Counted from the first letter of the stretch, positions 10,364 to 19,331 are shown. The stretch is DNA of 64,000 nucleotides from Anaerolineales bacterium (GCA_017985935.1 JAGNWT010000001.1:32871-96870), one strand, 5' to 3'. Notes: generated by a model from the letters alone, not told the origin. Translations and numbers: made by a program.

Positions 10364-11803
10364 CTATTCGGGGATGATGGTCCAGCCGGGGCGGGCTTTG
10401 AACTTCCAGATGAAGGTGTGGTGAAGCATGAACTTCATCCATGCGCCGCTGACGCCCATTTCGAGATGAGAGGTGAACAGGTCGCGCCCAAACTCATTGG
10501 GGAATTTCTTGCGATCTGGAACCACGGGATGCATAACGATCACGACCGCATTTCCATCCCAGAGAGAATCTCCCATGGAAGCGATGCAGGCGGCGACCAT
10601 GTCGGTCATGGGTTCGCGATGGGTCATCTCCCCCTTTTCGATCAAGTCCACGATGTTGAGAGCAACGACCCGCCCGATCACGCCGCTGACCATGCCTGTG
10701 CGTGGAGGCGCTGGGGCAATAGCCAGGTTGTTCTTGTTCGTGAACGGCTTGGAGATCGGCCCGGGAGGAGCGAAGGCAATGCCCGCGGCGAACATGTTCT
10801 TGTAGGTAGGATTCTGATATTGCGCCGGCCATGCTTCGGGGGTCTGGGCAAGCTCGGGGTAAGGCAGACCGTATTTTCCATCGACCAGGAGAAATCCCGC
10901 TGGGTTGGTCAATTTGGAGGTGATGTCTTCGCCGTTCTTGTCGATATATTTGAAGGGCTGTCCTTTGAATTGCGGGATGAGCATGGAGAAGTCGAAATCG
11001 GTAGTGCCTTCTTCGCCTTCGTAGTTCTGCCAGTGGATCTTGCCTTCTTCGATCTTGGTGACACCGGTCTGCACTTGATAGCGAATGCCATGATCGTTGA
11101 AGACGGAGGTGAGGAATTCCTCGCTCTTTATCACATGCCCATTGCGTTTGATCTGCACGCCGTTAACGCCGAAGTCTCCCATGGCGGGCTCGTTCGAAAG
11201 CCAGAGAATATCGGCTTTATCGCGCAGCCCTTTTTTGACGAGGTCTTTGTGGACATTGACAATGTATTCAAATGCCGCGCCCTGACAGGTTGCGCCGGGG
11301 TGACCTGTGCCAATGACGATCTTGACCTTTTCGCCTTTGCCCATGCGGTCACACAAGGCTAGGTAGGCATCACGGGTTTTGATGGCATGCGGAAGCGAGC
11401 AGATGGAGTGTGTGAAGCCGTTCTCGGGTCCGAGACCAGGGGTGCCGGCAAAGTTGAGGAGCGGCCCGGGCGCAACGACAAGGTAATCGTAATCAAGGCG
11501 CACTTCCTTGTCGGTGCCGACTTCATTCCCAAGCACATATTGGTCGCCTGCATCCGGGTGGATCTCTTTGGCGGCGGCGTGAACGAATTTGACGTTCATC
11601 TTGTCGTACACAGGCTTGAGCTTGAAGACGGTCTTTTCAGGTTTCATGTGACCGACCCCCACCCACACCCACGAGGGGACGTACCCGAACACATCGCGAT
11701 TGCTGATGACGGTGACCTCGTGTTTCCTGCCGATCTTGCTGCCGAGATACAGAGCCGCAGTATGCCCTGCGAAGCCCGCCCCAATTACAACAACTTTAGC
11801 CAT
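10364..11803 (-). CDS. sqr: Sulfide:quinone oxidoreductase, SqrF (type VI)-like flavoprotein
   Basis: Rossmann VVIGAGFAG; HSICSLPHA; GTGHPGATCQGAAFEY; APPRTGM; AACIASMG; amphipathic C-terminus; GGAGG RBS. Confidence 0.82.
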   Translation of the reverse strand: MAKVVVIGAGFAGHTAALYLGSKIGRKHEVTVISNRDVFGYVPSWVWVGVGHMKPEKTVFKLKPVYDKMNVKFVHAAAKEIHPDAGDQYVLGNEVGTDKEVRLDYDYLVVAPGPLLNFAGTPGLGPENGFTHSICSLPHAIKTRDAYLALCDRMGKGEKVKIVIGTGHPGATCQGAAFEYIVNVHKDLVKKGLRDKADILWLSNEPAMGDFGVNGVQIKRNGHVIKSEEFLTSVFNDHGIRYQVQTGVTKIEEGKIHWQNYEGEEGTTDFDFSMLIPQFKGQPFKYIDKNGEDITSKLTNPAGFLLVDGKYGLPYPELAQTPEAWPAQYQNPTYKNMFAAGIAFAPPGPISKPFTNKNNLAIAPAPPRTGMVSGVIGRVVALNIVDLIEKGEMTHREPMTDMVAACIASMGDSLWDGNAVVIVMHPVVPDRKKFPNEFGRDLFTSHLEMGVSGAWMKFMLHHTFIWKFKARPGWTIIPE

Positions 11804-11826
11804 GGTTTCTTCCTCCTTCGGGAATT

Positions 11827-11871
11827 AAAAAAGATCAGGACAGGCAGGGGCACACGCCGCTGTCTGTCCTG
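11827..11871 (-). terminator. Terminator-like hairpin in the sqr leader
   Basis: Minus strand CAGGACAGACAG...CTGCCTGTCCTG then ATCTTTTTT, ending about 10 nt before the sqr RBS. Confidence 0.55.
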
Positions 11872-12138
11872 TTGACGACAACCCATTGCACACACGAAAA
11901 GTCACATCCCTGCAAGCGAGGGAGCGTTCCACTTTTCTGAAAGGTGAGCACACGAGGCATGGTGAATAACTCCATTCATCTGAAATGATGTGGAATTCAC
12001 GACGTCATCGATCAATAAAATAATGACGTCCCGCGTATTTGGCTATCAGATCATATTAAATTTGAGGTTGGTCCGAAACTCTGTAGCTTTCCTGCTTCGA
12101 CACATTCCGCCATTAATAGCGGAATGAAATTGGAGAAC

Positions 12139-12564
12139 TTATTTGGGGTTTGGGTAAGCTGTCTCTTCGCCGGGGACATCCATACCTTCGAGCAGGCGCG
12201 TCCCATACAGTTGTCCATCCACTGTGATCGTGTATTCGCCCGTGCCAGAGATGGCTTGATCCGCGCCGGCAATACTGACCCAGGTAAATATCAGTTTGTT
12301 GCCTTCCAAAGTTCCCGCACCTTCTTGAATGCCGCCAGAGACCAGCCACTGGAATTTGAATTCATTGGGCTGCCCGCCAGCAGAAATGGTGAGCGTGCCG
12401 CCATATTCCTCGCCATGAGGGTCTGTGGCATTAAGCGCGTAAGAGCCGAGAATATCAGGGATGTTATCGGCTGGCGCGTCCGCGCCGAGCGGACCGGGTT
12501 TGTTCCGTCCGCAAGCCGAAAGGAAAAAAGTCAGTAACAAAAACAGGATTGCAATTCTTTTCAT
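12139..12564 (-). CDS. Hypothetical lipoprotein
   Basis: Signal peptide with lipobox LSAC; beta-rich 141-aa body. Confidence 0.75.
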   Translation of the reverse strand: MKRIAILFLLLTFFLSACGRNKPGPLGADAPADNIPDILGSYALNATDPHGEEYGGTLTISAGGQPNEFKFQWLVSGGIQEGAGTLEGNKLIFTWVSIAGADQAISGTGEYTITVDGQLYGTRLLEGMDVPGEETAYPNPK

Positions 12565-12617
12565 GTTTCCTCTAGTAACGGCACAGACGGGTAAACCTCC
12601 CGTCCATTGCCCTGTAT

Positions 12618-14957
12618 TTAATCATCTTCTTCCATGGTCATCAGGAATGCGATCAGATCGTTGATCTGCTCTTCGGTCAGGATCTGCCCAAAGTTTTGGA
12701 TCATCTGTCCCGCAGGATAGCCCGGAACAACAAATGCGTTCGGCTCAACAATGGACTGCCTCAAGTAATCCTCAGCAGACATCCCGGGCACACGCTCTTC
12801 GGCTCGGTCTGCAATGCCATAAAATGACGGTCCGATGATCGTCTCACCTTTTTCCAGCGAATGGCAGATGCGGCATCCCGCATTGACCGCTGAAGTGGTC
12901 TCGTAGTAAATGCTTTCGCCCGCCTTCGGGTCTGCAATGTGGACATCCCTGAAGTTAATGGTCAGGTATTGTCTTTCAGCAAGTGAAATCGTGTTGTTAA
13001 ACAGCACCTGTTCGACATCTTCATCAGGGCGGTCATACATTTTGATGACCACATGATGAGTTCCCACCGGCAAGTGTACCTGCTCAAAGATACGCACACC
13101 TTGATTGATATGGTTATCCGTGGCGGTATAAGTTTTATCGAACTTCAGTTTTCCGTCCACTTCCAAAGTAATTCGGGTCGGGTGTTCAAGTTCTGGATCC
13201 ACTTCTGCAAGGCTGGCGGCATCATGGACGGCATACCCGCTATGGTGAGTCATTTGTATCGCAAGAGCAGCAGTATCTGCGGCATAGAACTTTGTCTGCC
13301 AATCACCAAGCCAGATGTAAAACGCGCTGATGACAGCAAGCACTCCCAAAGCCGGCAGGATAAATCGGATATGAGATCGATCGGGCGTGAATTTGAACGT
13401 GTTCGGATCTGACTTAATCTGTGACTTGATCGCCTTACCAAAGTCGGTCGGCGCCGCCCAGGCAGTATGCACCAGCGGAATGAAGTCGGGTTTCAGCTTG
13501 GGAAGCCGCTCGCCATTTGCACGATCGTTCATCCAGACATTGCCTTCACGATTGGCACAGTCTTCGGGCGGGCAGCCAATGAACTGCACATCACTGGCAC
13601 CGGCTTCAAGCGCCTGCGCCGCAAGGTTGGGATTCGCCATTGCAATACAAGTCAACGGGACAATGTGAACATTCGGGTCGTTGAAGTGTGCGCCAACTCC
13701 ATGCAAAGCATGACGCTCACAAGTGAAAACAACCTTTACATTTTTCTTTTCTGCAACCTGGCCGAGGGTGGTCTTCCAAAGCGGGTTGAGCGGAATATCG
13801 CCAAAGGTCAGGGCGTTATCGGGGCAGCTGCCGATACACACGCCGCAAGAGACACAAAGTTTGGGGTCGATCTCTGCCTGGAATTTGGGGCGTGCCCCAT
13901 CAGTGCGCGGGACCATCTTGATGGCAAGATAAGGACAATCGCGTTCGCAAAGCGTGCAGCCATCGCAATTGGACAAGTCCACTTTGACGGGTTCGAGTTT
14001 TTTTGCGCGGGGCATGATCCACGGCAATGCAAGGAAAAAGCCGAGACCAAAAAGCAGAACGCTCCAAAAAAGAGCCTGGGGTCCGCGCAGGAAAGTGGGC
14101 AGATAAAATAAATAAAATAAGTCAATGGGGGCTTCCGCAGGGAATTGAGTGGCGCTGAGAGGCGGCAGCATTCCAAGCGGAAAAAGAGCCGATGCAAGCA
14201 GCAGCACCAGCGTTGAGATGACCATCCAATATTTGGGCGGCAGCCACTTGGCACGGCTCATGCGTTTCAAGTGCAGCCAAAGGAAATATCCCGTCAATGC
14301 GGAAAGCCCCAAATGCAGGACGATCACAAGCATCATAAAGACCCAGCCTGTGCCGGCCGCGTCACCGACAATGAAGTCGACGATAAAGGCCTGTCCGCTT
14401 TGGAAATTTCCAAGAACCTGGTAAAGGCTTTGGTTTAAGATCTGCGCGCGGTTATCCCAGATCAACCAGTAGCCTGTGATGCCGATCACCCAGACCACCA
14501 CGGCCATCCCCACACCAGTCACCCACGCCAGCCAGCGCGGACCACGGAAGCGATCCTGGAAGAAGGTGCGCCATCCATGCAGCAGCCCGAAAATGACCGC
14601 CGCATCAGATGCGTAGCGGTGCATGGCACGGATCACGCGCCCGATGAAGTTCGATTCGATGCTGGAGACCGCCCGATAGGAAAAAGTGAATCCGAACGGG
14701 TAGAACATGGTGAGGTAGATCCCGGTCAACAGAATGACGACCAGCAGGAAGATGGTGATCGTCCCCGTGTGATACAGGGGATTAAAGCGCGGGTCGTTGA
14801 CCAGCCAGTTGATGGGGGCTTCGAGGCGCAGGGAGATGTTCTCGAAAAAATTGATCAGGCGTCGGCTGGGGGAATTGAGCCGCGCATTCCAATCCACGCT
14901 AGGGTTGCGCTCAGAGAGGGAATCCGTCAGTTGTTTTTTTTCAGGGGAAGAGGTCAT
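12618..14957 (-). CDS. Fusion of cytochrome b-like domain, 2x[4Fe-4S] ferredoxin, MvhD/FlpD-like Fe-S domain, TM helix and monoheme cytochrome c
   Basis: Two H-x13-H heme b pairs (HRYASDAAVIFGLLH; HLGLSALTGYFLWLH); CDGCTLCERDCP and CVSCGVCIGSCP; FTCERH..LTC..GCPPEDCANREG; CRICH...GPSF...M. Confidence 0.85.
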   Translation of the reverse strand: MTSSPEKKQLTDSLSERNPSVDWNARLNSPSRRLINFFENISLRLEAPINWLVNDPRFNPLYHTGTITIFLLVVILLTGIYLTMFYPFGFTFSYRAVSSIESNFIGRVIRAMHRYASDAAVIFGLLHGWRTFFQDRFRGPRWLAWVTGVGMAVVVWVIGITGYWLIWDNRAQILNQSLYQVLGNFQSGQAFIVDFIVGDAAGTGWVFMMLVIVLHLGLSALTGYFLWLHLKRMSRAKWLPPKYWMVISTLVLLLASALFPLGMLPPLSATQFPAEAPIDLFYLFYLPTFLRGPQALFWSVLLFGLGFFLALPWIMPRAKKLEPVKVDLSNCDGCTLCERDCPYLAIKMVPRTDGARPKFQAEIDPKLCVSCGVCIGSCPDNALTFGDIPLNPLWKTTLGQVAEKKNVKVVFTCERHALHGVGAHFNDPNVHIVPLTCIAMANPNLAAQALEAGASDVQFIGCPPEDCANREGNVWMNDRANGERLPKLKPDFIPLVHTAWAAPTDFGKAIKSQIKSDPNTFKFTPDRSHIRFILPALGVLAVISAFYIWLGDWQTKFYAADTAALAIQMTHHSGYAVHDAASLAEVDPELEHPTRITLEVDGKLKFDKTYTATDNHINQGVRIFEQVHLPVGTHHVVIKMYDRPDEDVEQVLFNNTISLAERQYLTINFRDVHIADPKAGESIYYETTSAVNAGCRICHSLEKGETIIGPSFYGIADRAEERVPGMSAEDYLRQSIVEPNAFVVPGYPAGQMIQNFGQILTEEQINDLIAFLMTMEEDD

Positions 14958-15036
14958 TGTTTATTCACGATGCAGGTAACTTCGCGTAAATGATAATAAT
15001 AAAAGTAAGCGCAATTAATAAAGGTCGCGAAATGAA

Positions 15037-15085
15037 AAAAAGAAAGGGGTGGCAGCCGCCTGCAATGCAAACGACTGCCACCCAG
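15037..15085 (-). terminator. Terminator-like hairpin after cbaA
   Basis: GGGTGGCAG...CTGCCACCC inverted repeat followed by a T-rich tract on the minus strand. Confidence 0.5.
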
Positions 15086-15093
15086 TGATAAAA

Positions 15094-16743
15094 CTACCAG
15101 ACTTTGAAGCCGGGTGAAGTGAGCGAGATGTTCTTGATCATGTCGAAGAGCTGGGGCCCATAGACGATGACGATCAAGGCGAGGGTACCGTACACCCAGG
15201 GAGCCCAGCGGTCGAGCCAATCGGGGGTGAGGGCGGGATCCTGCATGGCTTCAGCCACGGGGACTTCCACTTCTTCCTTGACAGTTTCCTTGTTCAGGGC
15301 AGTCATCAACATGACGGCGAGATAGAGGAAACCGCTGACGAAGAGGATCGCGCCACCGAGACCGACCTGGAAGAGGCGGCTGTTCCATTCCGCAGGAACG
15401 TAGGGAGCGAGGTTGAGCGGTACGCGGCGGGGAGCGCCGAGCAAGCCGAGGACATGCATGGAGTTGGAGAAGATGATCATACCAACGAACCAGGTCCAGG
15501 CTTGAGCCACAGCCCACTTGGGCTTCCAGAGTTTCTTACCGGTGAGGTAAGGCAGGAGCCAGTAGGAAATACCCATGAAGCTCAGGGTCACGCCAGTAGC
15601 CACAGTGAGGTGGAAGTGACCGGGGACAAAGGCGGTATTGTGCAAAACAAGGTTGACGTTGTAGGAAGCATTCGCCAAACCACCGATACCACCAAAGAAG
15701 AACAGGATGCCGGCGAGAAGCTGGGCGGCCACAGAGGGATCACTCCAGTTCAACTTGCCGATCCAGGCGAGAGCGCCCTTGCCACCGTTTTTGCGTCCAG
15801 CGTGCTCGAGGGAGGCGACCACGGTAAAGGCGGTCATCATGGAGGGGAAGAACACACCAAAGGTGAGCATGGCATGCAGGAACTTCCAGGCGGGGGGAAC
15901 GCCGGGATCCACATATTGGTGGTGGAAGCCAAGCGGGGTGGAGAGAACGAGGAAGATCCAGAAGGAAAGGCGGGCGAGTGTATCGCTGAACATCTTGCCA
16001 TTGCCAGCCTGCTTGGGAAGCATGGCATACCAGGAGATGTATGCAGGCAGAAGCCAGAAGTACACGAGCGGGTGACCGGTGAACCAGAAGTAGGTACGAG
16101 CCAATTGCGGGTCTACGCCTTCGAGCAGTCCGAGCGACCAGGGCAGGAGCATGGTGAGGATCTCAACAGCAACGCCGATGGTGCAGATCTGCCAGAGTAA
16201 AGCGGTAAGGATACTGGCGAACGCAATGAACGGGGAGCGTTCATTGGGATTTTCCTTGCGCCAGGCCACGTAGGTCATGAAGAGACCCCAGCCTTCAACC
16301 CAACTGCCGACGACCACCAAAGTCAAACCGAGATAAAAAGCCCAGTTCGCTTTGAGAGGCGGATAGAAGGTGAAGAGCACGGTCGCCTGATTGGCAAGGA
16401 TCGGGATCGCAGCAGCAACCACGCCAACGACCATGATCCAGAAACCAACAACATTCAAGGTCATGTTCTTCAGGGGGCGCTTCAAACCGAAAATGACATT
16501 GAAGGTCAGGAAGCCCATGATGAAGAAGGTCGTCCAGACCAGGGCGTTCAACACACCGTGAACGGTCAAACCCTGATAGTAAGACTTAATGAACGGCTTG
16601 AGATAAACATAAACATCCCAACCCGCATGTTCAAAAGCCTGCAACGGTCCAAAAAGACTGCCGACAGCAAGCGCGAGGATGGCAGTCAAAAGGTGCCAAC
16701 CGATGAATTTCTTTTCGCCAGTGGATAATTGATATTGTTTCAT
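15094..16743 (-). CDS. cbaA: ba3-type (B-family) cytochrome c oxidase subunit I
   Basis: HGVLNAL, WFTGHPLVYFW (His-Tyr crosslink motif), GFHHQY, HFHLTV; about 13 TM helices. Confidence 0.93.
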   Translation of the reverse strand: MKQYQLSTGEKKFIGWHLLTAILALAVGSLFGPLQAFEHAGWDVYVYLKPFIKSYYQGLTVHGVLNALVWTTFFIMGFLTFNVIFGLKRPLKNMTLNVVGFWIMVVGVVAAAIPILANQATVLFTFYPPLKANWAFYLGLTLVVVGSWVEGWGLFMTYVAWRKENPNERSPFIAFASILTALLWQICTIGVAVEILTMLLPWSLGLLEGVDPQLARTYFWFTGHPLVYFWLLPAYISWYAMLPKQAGNGKMFSDTLARLSFWIFLVLSTPLGFHHQYVDPGVPPAWKFLHAMLTFGVFFPSMMTAFTVVASLEHAGRKNGGKGALAWIGKLNWSDPSVAAQLLAGILFFFGGIGGLANASYNVNLVLHNTAFVPGHFHLTVATGVTLSFMGISYWLLPYLTGKKLWKPKWAVAQAWTWFVGMIIFSNSMHVLGLLGAPRRVPLNLAPYVPAEWNSRLFQVGLGGAILFVSGFLYLAVMLMTALNKETVKEEVEVPVAEAMQDPALTPDWLDRWAPWVYGTLALIVIVYGPQLFDMIKNISLTSPGFKVW

Positions 16744-16760
16744 GATGTCTCTCTTTCAGC

Positions 16761-17264
16761 CTATGGCGTAACAATGATTGCGCCGTACATGACGCCATGT
16801 CCGCTGCCGCAGTATTCGGTACAAATGAAGTTGTAGGTACCGGGCTTGTCAAACTTGACAGTCAACTTGGAGACCTGTCCGGGGATGACCATGAAGTTCG
16901 CATTTGTATCCTGGATCTTGAAGCCATGCTGAACATCAGATGAAGTCACATAGAAGGAAATGCTCGAGCCAGCAGGCACGGTGATCTCCTTGGGCAGATA
17001 TTCCCAATTGGGAATCGCACGCGCCAGGATATAGGCATCATACTTCTTGCCGGCTTCGATCTCACGCAGTCCAGGGTTGGACCAGGGGCTATTGGGATCG
17101 GTGGCAACGGTGCGGGGATCAACACGTTGTTCTGGGGCGGGAACTTGAATTCCCATACCAAAGGCCGCAACACTGACAGCCGTCGCAAATAACACAAGCA
17201 GGATGGCGCTGAAGATCATCCAGTTGCGCTCGTAGGGATCGATGTGCATTTGCTTGGTGCTCAT
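16761..17264 (-). CDS. cbaB: ba3-type cytochrome c oxidase subunit II (CuA)
   Basis: Single TM helix; DVQHGF and CTEYCGSGHGVM CuA motifs. Confidence 0.93.
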   Translation of the reverse strand: MSTKQMHIDPYERNWMIFSAILLVLFATAVSVAAFGMGIQVPAPEQRVDPRTVATDPNSPWSNPGLREIEAGKKYDAYILARAIPNWEYLPKEITVPAGSSISFYVTSSDVQHGFKIQDTNANFMVIPGQVSKLTVKFDKPGTYNFICTEYCGSGHGVMYGAIIVTP

Positions 17265-17398
17265 AGTGTGCCTCCTCTGCCGACAAGGATCATATAGATC
17301 GTTGCCCAGATTGCGATGAGTGTGACCACAAATATCGCCAAAACCGCGATCGTACCGGTCGGGCGAAACTCATCATCTTCTTTATCTTTTTTCGCCAT
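17261..17398 (-). CDS. cbaD: ba3-type oxidase subunit IIa (45 aa)
   Basis: Below the track threshold; MAKKDKEDDEFRPTGTIAVLAIFVVTLIAIWATIYMILVGRGGTL matches the P-x-G...W...Y...RG pattern of Thermus CbaD. GAGGAG RBS; ATGA overlap with cbaB. Confidence 0.85.
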   Translation of the reverse strand: MAKKDKEDDEFRPTGTIAVLAIFVVTLIAIWATIYMILVGRGGTL

Positions 17399-17508
17399 GT
17401 TACATTCTCCTCATAAAAGTGATGGATTTGGAATCTGCCGCTTCATACGGCCCGCAAACTGCGGAGGGGGAAATGGAGATTCTTCAGCGCTTTACCAGTT
17501 CCACCTCC

Positions 17509-18099
17509 TTATTGCCTTAGCATGTATTCCAGATCATCGGCGATCTCGTCAACCGTTACGCCGAATGGAAATACCAACTTTAAGTAACCCTCACGGTCAA
17601 TGACCAGCAAAGTGGCCGTGTGGTCGATCAGATAGCCCGTGGCATCTGATCCGGGCTGCACTTGATAAAAAATTCCATAAAGGGATGTCACCTGCGCAAT
17701 ATCCTGCTCAGTGCCGGTGATGCCAATAAAGGAAGGGTGAAAGTGGGTCACATACTCTGCAAGTTTCTGCGGCGTGTCCCGTTCAGGATCAAGTGAGATC
17801 ATGATGGTCTGAACTTCGCTGGCTTTATCTTCACCCAGATTTCGCAATGCCTGCCCAACATTCGCCAGTGTAGCCGGGCAAATGTCTGGGCAAAAGGTAT
17901 AACCAAAATAAATAAGTACAAGCTTGCCGCGATAGTCATTTAATGAAACGTCGCCATCTTTCCCTGTCAACTTAAAATCAAAGGAAGGCTCGGGCGATTG
18001 AATGACCGTGCCGTGGAAAGTATGCGGACGGAAGAAGTACACCCCGACGGCTAATCCGAGCATTACAACAACAATGGGAAGAACGACCTTGAGTTTCAT
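17509..18099 (-). CDS. SCO1/SenC copper chaperone
   Basis: FGYTFCPDICP (CxxxC) plus conserved IDHT histidine; N-terminal anchor. Confidence 0.92.
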   Translation of the reverse strand: MKLKVVLPIVVVMLGLAVGVYFFRPHTFHGTVIQSPEPSFDFKLTGKDGDVSLNDYRGKLVLIYFGYTFCPDICPATLANVGQALRNLGEDKASEVQTIMISLDPERDTPQKLAEYVTHFHPSFIGITGTEQDIAQVTSLYGIFYQVQPGSDATGYLIDHTATLLVIDREGYLKLVFPFGVTVDEIADDLEYMLRQ

Positions 18100-18126
18100 T
18101 GATAAATCTTTTTCCTTATTGAATGG

Positions 18127-18801
18127 TCATGGCGCATAACATAGAAATAAATGGGCAGCTTCGTAAGCCAATTTTGAAGTGCCGTCGCTATTTTGAACCT
18201 CTTCCGCTAACACTCCCAAGTGACGAAGGATGCGGTCAGCGCTGGAAACCTCGGTCTGGTAACGATATTCAGCGCGGACAATTCCCCAGCCATCTACCAG
18301 CACATAAGCGGGGTCAAAAGCAAAATCACCGTTGCCTTTATCTTCGTAATATGTTTCAAAGCCCGAACTGATAATGGTCTTAAGCAACATCTTGTTGGTG
18401 GTGCTCGCGAACTGCCAACGGCTCACATCCGCGCCCAACGACTTGGCATAAGCGTTCAAAACTTCCGGGGTATCTCGATCGGGGTCAATGGAGATGGTGA
18501 CGAAAGAAACATCAACACCGCCCAGGTCCACTTCGTTCAACCGAGCCTGCACTTCCTGCATTGTCTCGTCGATGTTATAGCAAGGCTCGGGACAATTTGT
18601 GTATGTAAAGGTATAGAGTATGAACTTTCCACGAAGTTCTTCGCTGGTAAGCTGCTCATTATCCTGATCGGTAAGGTTGAAAGCCGGAGATAACTGCATG
18701 CGCGGCAATACCTGGATCGGCTGAAAAACCTTGAAGGCGACTGCCGAAATCACGATCAGACCTAAAATGCCGTAAATGCCATTCAACAGGTATTTGTTCA
18801 T
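18127..18801 (-). CDS. Second SCO-family protein (atypical)
   Basis: FTYTNCPEPC, VTISIDPDRDT; FDPA in place of the usual His motif; C-terminal HLFLC. Confidence 0.8.
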   Translation of the reverse strand: MNKYLLNGIYGILGLIVISAVAFKVFQPIQVLPRMQLSPAFNLTDQDNEQLTSEELRGKFILYTFTYTNCPEPCYNIDETMQEVQARLNEVDLGGVDVSFVTISIDPDRDTPEVLNAYAKSLGADVSRWQFASTTNKMLLKTIISSGFETYYEDKGNGDFAFDPAYVLVDGWGIVRAEYRYQTEVSSADRILRHLGVLAEEVQNSDGTSKLAYEAAHLFLCYAP

Positions 18802-19286
18802 GCGAGTACTTTACCTGTCAAAACTGGAACCGGCGCAGAGACAAATGAAATGTTCGCATTCAGGCTGGCGTCCAATAATTCGCCCTCTTCCACCAATTGC
18901 TGAAAGGAGATTAGCGCCATTTCCTTGCGAAGCATGTTCTTGAGCCTCACCCACTGACAATGGACCGGGCACTTTAACTCAAAGGGACATTCGCCCGGTT
19001 TCAGGATGCAGTCTGAAAGATAGATTTCGCCTTCAAAATGCTCAACCACCTGAAGCAGGGATATCTCTTTGGGCGCGCGAGCAAGGGAGATTCCCCCGTC
19101 ACGACCGGCTTGAGTGTGAATAAACCCGCCGCTGGATAATTCCGCCACGATCCGTTGAAGTAACGAAGGCGGAATCAACATTTCACGCCCAATTTCCGAG
19201 GTAGGCACGCGGGCACCCCGGTCCCTTTTGGAAAGGGCCAGTATCACTCGAACGGCGTAATCGGTTTGGCGGTTGATTTTTAGCAT
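18798..19286 (-). CDS. Rrf2 family Fe-S transcriptional regulator
   Basis: RQTDYAVR wHTH start, GRDGGISLAR, C-x6-C-x5-C-x2-H. Start ATG 19286 (track 19301). Confidence 0.88.
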   Translation of the reverse strand: MLKINRQTDYAVRVILALSKRDRGARVPTSEIGREMLIPPSLLQRIVAELSSGGFIHTQAGRDGGISLARAPKEISLLQVVEHFEGEIYLSDCILKPGECPFELKCPVHCQWVRLKNMLRKEMALISFQQLVEEGELLDASLNANISFVSAPVPVLTGKVLA

Positions 19287-19331
19287 AAATTTTCCATTCA
19301 ATGTTGAGCATTATTGTCAACGTTGACTGTT

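Noticed and set aside
10418-11362. Long antisense ORFs (this one and 24739-25914, 27524-28585, 54258-55172, 61520-62407, among others)
   Set aside because: They shadow well-supported genes on the opposite strand, have no motifs or RBS, and are expected from codon bias.
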